DNA of 7,387 bases. Source: Takakia lepidozioides (taxonomy: Eukaryota > Plantae > Bryophyta). The notes beneath the pieces were generated by a model, which was not told the DNA's origin, did not search any database, and was given only the letters and a program-made list of their open reading frames with translations. Position 1 is the stretch's first letter. Each line of letters starts with the position of its first letter. A program made the position numbers and the translations under genes. Below are positions 1-5,960 of the stretch, one piece after another. The stretch spans positions 1-7,387 of the forward strand of contig JAKLZA010000084.1 in the NCBI GenBank assembly GCA_030704615.1. The letters are read 5' to 3'.

Positions 1-670
1 TGAGGGGCTTTTGACAGCCGTTCCTGAGGGCCTTTGGCGGCTGTGACGGGCTGTGATGGGCGGTGACAGGCCGTGCTTGAGGCCTTTGGGGCTGTGACGG
101 GCTTGAGGGTCTGTGACAGGCCGTGCCTGAGGCCTTTGAGGGCTGTGATGACGGGCTGTGATGGGCTGTGACCTTGCCGTTCCCCCCATGGCCCCTTGTG
201 CTGTGACGGGCTGTGAGGGACTGTGACAGGCCGTGCCCTAAGAGGCCTTTGAGGGCTGTGACGGGCTGTGAGGGGCTGTGACAGGCCGTGCCCTGGCTTT
301 GGGCTGTGACGGGCTGTGAGGGGCTGTGACGGCCGCGCCTGAGGCCTTTGGGGGCTTGTGGACGGTCCTGTGACAGGCCGTGCCTGAGGCCTTTGGGGCT
401 GTGATTGGCTTTGACGGCCGTGCTGAGGCCTTTGAGGCTGTGACGGGCTGTGAGGGGCTGTGACAGGCCGTACCCATGGCCTTTGGGGCTGTGACGGGCT
501 GTGAGGGGCTGTGACAGGCAGCGCCTGAGGCCTTTGGGGCTGTGACGGGCTGTGAGGGGCTGTGACAGGCTGTGCCTGAGGGCCTTTGAGGCTGTGACGA
601 GCTGTGAGGGGCTGTGACAGGCTGTGCCCAGTGGCCTGTGGGACTGTGACGGCTGTGACCAGTGAGCTGT
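1..670 (+). repeat. G-rich tandem repeat array: about 13 units of about 51 bp, consensus approx. CTGAGGCCTTTGGGGCTGTGACGGGCTGTGAGGGGCTGTGACAGGCCGTGC, with an internal 10-bp GGGCTGTGA(C/G) subrepeat; truncated by the window start
   Basis: The CCTTT-like anchor recurs at about 31, 83, 133, 193, 246, 296, 345, 390, 429, 480, 531, 583 and 635 (spacing mostly 49-53 bp). GGCTGTGA occurs about three times per unit. Confidence 0.95.
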
Positions 671-947
671 GTGGGCCTGTGCTGGTCTGTGGTGGCCCGT
701 GTTGACCTGTGGATGGCCTATGCTGACTCGTGGAGGCACTGGTGGACTAAGGACTGGCATGTGGTCTGGAAGGCCGAATTTTGAAGCTCGTGGAGGGCGG
801 TTTGAGGAGTATCTTCATGATATTCCCATGTCATGCAAGTTCAGGTGTAGGCTATTTTAGGAACTTAGTATTCCAAACCATAAGCCGCAACAGGTTCTCT
901 ACCCGGTTACCTTGTGGAGAGGGGGTTAGGGACATGTTCATGACCGG

Positions 948-1988
948 TTGAGTGTCAACACGGAGGTGCCACTAGTTGCTGGGGACAGTGCCGGTTCGAG
1001 CACTAGCGATACTAGTGGGTACACGAGACGAGGTGTGCGGTTTAGGCCACCTTCACCTCCTGTGTCTTCCACGGAAGGTTCTGATTCGGATTGTGAATCA
1101 GGAGGGCTCATACCGGCGGTGCAAGTTGTTTCTTTGCCATTATTGTGGGACACAATGGAGGAGATGTATGGAGCTACCAAGGGGCCACGAAGGTACTCTG
1201 GGGCGGTGGGCACCATTGAGTTGGATGATTTTATCCAAGAGTTTGATAGTTGGTGTGATTTGCAGCAAATGCGCAATCCACAACTATTTACGCCGTTCAT
1301 GGCATGGAAAGGGCTGTTTCAGCACCTTGAGGGGCCGCCTATGGATGATTACCATGAGTTCAGGCGGGGGCATGAGGTTGAGATCGAGGAGTGGAGGATG
1401 TACTGGTCACCCGACTATGTCTCCATCACTAGGGGCACTAGAGCCACGAGGGCAGTGGCTACACCTGCCGCTGCACCGGCAGCTTCAGCAAGCAGCAGTG
1501 GGACTGGTGGTACAGTAGCTACGACGTCCACCCAAGCCACTACCGCACCAGCACTAGCACCCGTGCCTGCCTTCAACCCTGTTGTGGAGTTCTTCGAAGA
1601 GTTGAGAGGGAACTACCAAGGGGTGAGGACAGAGAAGTTGCGGAGCTTGCAAGAGTTCCAACGGAAGCCGACCGAGAGCTTGAGGGAGGCTTTCACTCGC
1701 ATGAGGCGCTTGATAAATGTAACCCAAGGGGTTACGGAAGCTCAGGCAGTCCAATTCTGGTATGGGATATTGGACAAGGAGCTGAGGAGAAGGGTGCGGG
1801 ATGCAACTCTCCTACAAGCGGCCCAACCCACCTTAGCAAATGTGTTTTTGCTGGCAGAGCGGATAGAGCTCAACATGGTGGAGGAACGAGTGGTCATGGT
1901 GGGATTTGCTAAGGAGACACCACGGGGTAGTGGTGCTCCTAGCCAACCACTACCTCAACGTGCTCAAGGCAACAAGGGGCTCAGGTGA
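948..1988 (+). CDS. gag: Gag N-terminal/capsid-like region (frameshifted into the next ORF at about 1976-1979)
   Basis: 346-aa ORF upstream of the zinc knuckles. Gag-like blocks: PRRYSG...LDDFIQEFDSWC, FQRKPTESLREAFTRMRRL (major-homology-region-like), QFWYGILDKELRRRV...PTLANVFLLAERIE. The ORF starts at TTG 948 and the first in-frame ATG is at 1155; ATGs at 934/940 would be in frame if one base were restored near 948. Confidence 0.8.
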   Translation: MSVNTEVPLVAGDSAGSSTSDTSGYTRRGVRFRPPSPPVSSTEGSDSDCESGGLIPAVQVVSLPLLWDTMEEMYGATKGPRRYSGAVGTIELDDFIQEFDSWCDLQQMRNPQLFTPFMAWKGLFQHLEGPPMDDYHEFRRGHEVEIEEWRMYWSPDYVSITRGTRATRAVATPAAAPAASASSSGTGGTVATTSTQATTAPALAPVPAFNPVVEFFEELRGNYQGVRTEKLRSLQEFQRKPTESLREAFTRMRRLINVTQGVTEAQAVQFWYGILDKELRRRVRDATLLQAAQPTLANVFLLAERIELNMVEERVVMVGFAKETPRGSGAPSQPLPQRAQGNKGLR

Positions 1989-2853
1989 AGCTCAGGGAAG
2001 GGCAGAGAGGACCTCAATGCAGGGGTCTCTCCCTTCATTTGCTGGCCAACAACGGGCGGATGTGGTGTGCTGGACATGTGGAGGACCCCATGTCAAGAAG
2101 GATTGCCCAGAGGGAGGCAAAGGGTCGGCACATGCACAGCCTGCACAGTTGCAGTGTGGGCATTGTGGCAAGCACGGGCATGGAGAGGCCCAGTGTTATA
2201 GTTTGCATCCTGAGTTGCGCCCAGGCCAGTTCCAAGGGAACAATGGTGGCCGGGGGCGAGGTGGAGCAGCCCAGAGAGGACGAGGTGGCCAGCCACGAGG
2301 CAAAGGGCAAGCTCAACGTGGCCAAGGACGCGGAGGTCAGGGTGTTGACCAAGGCATGGCCAACCGGCTTCAGCAGCTAGAGCAGAGGCTCGCTGCCATG
2401 GCTACAGCTCAGGTGGTACCGGCTCTAAGGCCGGATGGTCCACCTCCTGCTCCTGAGGGAGGAGATATGGGAGGCATGGGATTCATGTGTGGAGCAGCAC
2501 TACCACTAGTGCAGGTGGAGTCTGCTGCAGCCGTGACTCGAGGAGCAGCACGAGTTCCTGAGCCACGAGGTGCAGAGGTGGAGTTGGATCCACAGCGTGG
2601 GGAGGCAAGCCGTCAGGCTAGGCTTCCTCAGTCATTCACATTGGCGGAGACAGTGTCGACGCCATCCATGGCACCTAGTTCTCGCCCGACTGTTACCGAG
2701 GCGGAGGTTACTATGCCATTGGGGAGAGCTACACGGGTAGCACCACTACCTAGTGTTGCCAAGGCTACGGCAGCTAGTGTGCTGCTAGGAGCGGCCACAT
2801 CTGTGTGCCAGGCTCCATTGTTCTCGGCTACCATGATTGCGACGCCGGGGTAA
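1906..2853 (+). CDS. gag: Gag nucleocapsid region: two CCHC zinc knuckles, RGG-rich tract and Ala/Pro-rich spacer (true coding probably about 1978-2840)
   Basis: CWTCGGPHVKKDC (CX2CX3HX4C, 2068-2106), CGHCGKHGHGEAQC (CX2CX4HX4C, 2155-2196) followed by YSLHPELRP, then GGRGRGG...RGRGG...GRGGQG (about 2245-2343). Confidence 0.9.
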   Translation: MLRRHHGVVVLLANHYLNVLKATRGSGEAQGRAERTSMQGSLPSFAGQQRADVVCWTCGGPHVKKDCPEGGKGSAHAQPAQLQCGHCGKHGHGEAQCYSLHPELRPGQFQGNNGGRGRGGAAQRGRGGQPRGKGQAQRGQGRGGQGVDQGMANRLQQLEQRLAAMATAQVVPALRPDGPPPAPEGGDMGGMGFMCGAALPLVQVESAAAVTRGAARVPEPRGAEVELDPQRGEASRQARLPQSFTLAETVSTPSMAPSSRPTVTEAEVTMPLGRATRVAPLPSVAKATAASVLLGAATSVCQAPLFSATMIATPG

Positions 2854-4994
2854 GACCAGCTGAGGTGTTCAGGCTGGCAGCTACACTCTGTGAGAGTGGG
2901 GAGGTTACTTCATCTTCTGCGGAGATAGTGGGAGGTGTAGTGCCGGAGGGATCCTCGGATTTGAGGGTCAAGACTGCCACGGCGGCGCCATGGCAAGCTG
3001 CAGCTGCCAGGTTGATGGAGCTGCCAGCTAGGCCAGCCATTGAGCGCGCCATGGTGACACCTGGAGTTGTCATGTTAGACAACCAGGATGGCATTTTCTG
3101 TTTGAGTGGACCGGCAGGCAAGAGGTACCGGCCACTGCGAGTCTTGTTGGACTCGGGAGCTCAGCCACTGATGCTGGGCAGAGCTGCTATTGCAGGCTTG
3201 GGCCTCACGGAGGCGGATATGGAGCCTTGTCCTTTCCAGATACAGACGTCTCTGGGAGGATCGGAGCAGGCTCGGGGCATGACACGGCATGAGTTGGCTA
3301 TCAGACTACGGCCGGATCACCCTACAGATGGCTCAGTGATGCGAGCCAAGGCCATTGTGACAGACGCAGTCTCATACGATGTCCTGGTTGGTGGGGCAGT
3401 GTTGTACCCCATGGGCTTCACCCTGGATTTTTGGGAGGAGTCAGCTTCCTATAGGCCTGCATGGCAGTCAGGGGAGGGCCGGCGTGTGCAGCTCCCTGTG
3501 ACGTTCATAGGAGGAGTTGCGGTTGCCCAGCGAGGCAAGATGCCGACACTAGCAGCATTCACAGCGGCAGTGAGTTGGCCTAGAGAGTTGCTTGAGGGCA
3601 ATGCTCATTCAGAGGATGTACCACCTTCGGGAGAGCAGGATGACATGTATGGTATGGCGGAGTTGCCTACCATGGTTGCTCAGACTCCATTGTGGGGCAC
3701 GAGCAAGGATTTGCAGCGGGATGCTGATCGACGGGTGCAACAAGCCTGGGTGGAGGCTTTTGTACCGTCAGGAGAGGAGGAGAGTGTGGAGATTGCACCA
3801 GGACCACCTCAATTGTCTCCATTGGACACCACACCTATTGTGTGGCAGTCTCCGGATGAAGGCATTTGTCTTCTGGACTTGTTTGGCGGGATCAGCACCG
3901 GATTGGCTGCTGTGTTACAGGCAGGTGTACGAGTTCGGCGTTACCTGTATGTGGAGAGGGATGAGACTGCACGACGCGTTTCACTTCGCCATGTTGCTCA
4001 GTTGGTGCAGCGGTACCCTGAGTTGTTGTCGGTGTCTGCAATTCGTGGATATCAGCAGGCCTTGCCAGCAGACATTTCGTTGCTGGGGGCGCAGGATTTG
4101 GAGCGGGTTGGCTCCATTGATCTGGTAGTGGCAGGTTGGCCCTGCCAAGGGCATTCATCAGCCGGGCATGGCAATGGATTGCGAGACTCGAGGTCGGGTC
4201 TGTTTTGGGAGATGGTGCGGGTTTTGCGCCACTTGCAGCTTCATCAAGCTGTATCTCCAGCATACATCTTGGAGAATGTGCCACTGATGGGCGATTCTCG
4301 GGCCAGGGTGATGGCCAGTGTGCATCAAGTCCGGTCGTGGCTTGGGTCAGCAGTGTTGCTAGATGCAGCTACAGTGGGGTCACGGGCTCATCGTCCACGG
4401 CTATGGTGGACTAACATGATGCCACCCGCACTGCTCAAGCGTGCATTTGATGGGGTGCAGCGGCCAGCACATCTCACAGTGGATAACATTCTGGACACAG
4501 GGAGGCAGTCTCAACGTGTGAGACACGATGACCGTTCGCCTTTGGCAGTGGTCAACAAGGTGGGTCAACCACGAGCAGCATTACCTACACTGCTCAGCTT
4601 CCCAGGATCGCATGCTTTCCGGGATAGTGGACCTGGCCTCCTGTGGGATGCTCAGTTGCAGCAGTTAGTGGAGCCTAATGCTGACGAGCGTGAGCGGGCA
4701 ATGGGTTTTACCACTGGTACCACGGCGGTGTCGTCTCTTTCTGAGGCATCACGTCGTCAAGTGTTGGGGCAAGCAATGGATCTCAATTGCTTGACCTGGA
4801 TTATCAGCTTGGCTCTAGCTGAGCAACGCAGAGTGCGGAATACACTTCCCTCAATGGTCTCTCTGCCTACCGATGGTACAGGCAGTGAGTGGGGGCGAGC
4901 ATATGAGGACCACGGGGTGCATGCATCCATGGCACACGTGGGAGGTGCTCGAGGTTCAGAGGGAGTTGGCAGCCAAGGCGGCTGTGATGGATGA
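2805..4994 (+). CDS. pol: Pol segment: retropepsin-type aspartic protease fused in frame to a C5 cytosine DNA methyltransferase (true coding probably about 2841-4871)
   Basis: A single uninterrupted 729-aa ORF contains both VLLDSGA and the C5-MTase motifs FGG, PCQ, ENV, HRPR, ERAMGF and LGQA. Confidence 0.92.
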   Translation: MPGSIVLGYHDCDAGVRPAEVFRLAATLCESGEVTSSSAEIVGGVVPEGSSDLRVKTATAAPWQAAAARLMELPARPAIERAMVTPGVVMLDNQDGIFCLSGPAGKRYRPLRVLLDSGAQPLMLGRAAIAGLGLTEADMEPCPFQIQTSLGGSEQARGMTRHELAIRLRPDHPTDGSVMRAKAIVTDAVSYDVLVGGAVLYPMGFTLDFWEESASYRPAWQSGEGRRVQLPVTFIGGVAVAQRGKMPTLAAFTAAVSWPRELLEGNAHSEDVPPSGEQDDMYGMAELPTMVAQTPLWGTSKDLQRDADRRVQQAWVEAFVPSGEEESVEIAPGPPQLSPLDTTPIVWQSPDEGICLLDLFGGISTGLAAVLQAGVRVRRYLYVERDETARRVSLRHVAQLVQRYPELLSVSAIRGYQQALPADISLLGAQDLERVGSIDLVVAGWPCQGHSSAGHGNGLRDSRSGLFWEMVRVLRHLQLHQAVSPAYILENVPLMGDSRARVMASVHQVRSWLGSAVLLDAATVGSRAHRPRLWWTNMMPPALLKRAFDGVQRPAHLTVDNILDTGRQSQRVRHDDRSPLAVVNKVGQPRAALPTLLSFPGSHAFRDSGPGLLWDAQLQQLVEPNADERERAMGFTTGTTAVSSLSEASRRQVLGQAMDLNCLTWIISLALAEQRRVRNTLPSMVSLPTDGTGSEWGRAYEDHGVHASMAHVGGARGSEGVGSQGGCDG
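3129..3440 (+). other. Aspartic protease (retropepsin) domain
   Basis: Catalytic DSG at 3150-3158 in RVLLDSGAQPLML; flap-like IQTSLGG; closing hydrophobic-Gly motif YDVLVG (G at 3390-3392). Confidence 0.88.
3861..4820 (+). other. DNA (cytosine-5)-methyltransferase catalytic domain, DNMT3-like, non-permuted
   Basis: Motif I LLDLFGGI (FGG 3882-3890); motif II YVE (E 3954); motif IV DLVVAGWPCQGHS (PCQ 4140-4148); motif V SGLFWEMVRVL; motif VI ILENV (ENV 4272-4280); motif VIII AHRPRLWW (HRPR 4389-4400); TRD PTL (4584-4592); motif IX ERERAMGF (4686-4709); motif X RRQVLGQAM (GQA 4767-4775). Confidence 0.95.
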
Positions 4995-5267
4995 GGTTGG
5001 GGATTCTTCTCGAGTTGAGGAGGTCCTCAAGGATGAGATGATGGGGCAGGATGATGCCTTGTCATTGACTGAGCAGGTAGGGAGTACTGCTCAAGAGGTT
5101 GCAGCATAGCAACCACGGGACGCGTCCTCTACCTCTAAGCCCACTGGACTTAAGGTTGTAGTTACGGAGGACAATTGGGAGCCTGACATTGGACCCATTG
5201 TCACCGGAGGAGAGAGACACGTATACGGCGGTTCCTGAGGGCTTACAGGAATTGCTTTGCCTTCAGT
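4873..5267 (+). pseudogene. Disrupted Pol linker between DNMT and RT (frameshift near 4871, in-frame TAG 5107-5109, further frameshift(s) at about 5195-5230)
   Basis: The frame starting at 4873 reads MVQAVSGGE...HPWHTWE...EVAA*QPRDASSTSKPTGLKVVVTEDNWEPDIGP. The RT frame extends upstream as RRFLRAYRNCFAFSLKDLG, a typical pre-RT helix. Confidence 0.65.
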
Positions 5268-5960
5268 TTGAAGGACTTGGGAGCACTGAAGGGTCAAGAG
5301 ATCCGTATTGAGTTGGCCACTGACACGCCAATCTTTCGGAGACCCTATAGATACAGTGACATGGAGAGGTCTTTGATTCAGATGAGGACTCAAGATCTCT
5401 GGGAGGCAGGTTTGGTGGAGCTCTCTGGTGGAGAGTATGCTTCAGCCACAGTGATGCCAGCCAAGAAGGATGTCTATGGCAATTGGACGGAGAGACGTAT
5501 GTGCGGTGATTACCGGCCTGTAAATCGTCAGACCAAGTCCGATAAGTATGCCATGCCAACACCAGAGGAGATCTTTGATGCCATCGGGCATGCTAAGGCC
5601 TTTAGCACTTTGGATTTACGATCCGGATATCACCAGTTGCCAATCAAGGAGGCGGACAAGCAGAAGACGGCATTCTGGGGGATCAATGAGCACGGCAAGG
5701 ATTACCTATATCAGTGGCGGTTCTTACCATTTGGGCTTAAGAATGCTCCTGCAGAGTTTCAGAGAGTCATGGATAGGATTCTAGCAGGGGTGGACTTTGC
5801 TCGGTGCTACATAGATGACATCATCATCTTTAGTGTTACGATGGAGGAGCATGAGAGACACCTTCAGGTGGTATTGGAGCGCTTGAGAGCGCACGGATTG
5901 AAGTTGCATCCGGGAAGTGCAAGTTTTTCCACAACCAGATTGAGTATCTGGGTCACATGA
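5268..5960 (+). CDS. pol: Reverse transcriptase (Ty3/gypsy type); 1-bp frameshift at about 5912-5915
   Basis: PIFRRPYRYS, RMCGDYRPVN (from 5496), LDLRSGYHQ (D 5613), KTAF, LPFGLKNAPAEFQR (from 5724), YIDD (5808-5819). Restoring one base gives LKLHPGKCKFFHNQIEYLGH. Confidence 0.97.
   Translation: MKDLGALKGQEIRIELATDTPIFRRPYRYSDMERSLIQMRTQDLWEAGLVELSGGEYASATVMPAKKDVYGNWTERRMCGDYRPVNRQTKSDKYAMPTPEEIFDAIGHAKAFSTLDLRSGYHQLPIKEADKQKTAFWGINEHGKDYLYQWRFLPFGLKNAPAEFQRVMDRILAGVDFARCYIDDIIIFSVTMEEHERHLQVVLERLRAHGLKLHPGSASFSTTRLSIWVT

Noticed and set aside
238-477. 79-aa minus-strand ORF with repeated HSPSQP
   Set aside because: It is simply the translation of the tandem array; unit lengths vary by non-multiples of three, so there is no coding constraint.
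1-670. CRISPR array, telomere or immunoglobulin switch-like (GGGCT/GAGCT) repeat
   Set aside because: No unique spacers, no cas genes and no TTAGGG-type iteration. The switch-like pentamer resemblance is superficial in a retrotransposon context.
755-935. Candidate LTR end/PBS (CATGTGGTCTGG near 758; AACAGGTTCTC near 889) and PPT-like GGAGAGGGGG at 916-925
   Set aside because: No recognisable complement to a tRNA 3' end (e.g. no TGGTATCAGAGC), no second LTR in the window for comparison, and a PPT is not expected upstream of gag.
1980-1988. CTC AGG TGA resembling the Ty1 +1 frameshift site CTT AGG C
   Set aside because: Imperfect match. It would leave Gag without its zinc knuckles, and an extra G in the adjacent GGGG run explains the shift more simply.
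3861-4820. Bacterial restriction-modification MTase or independent host gene/contaminant
   Set aside because: It has no separate start, RBS or partner endonuclease, is in frame with the retroelement protease, and has similar base composition by eye to the flanking pol sequence.
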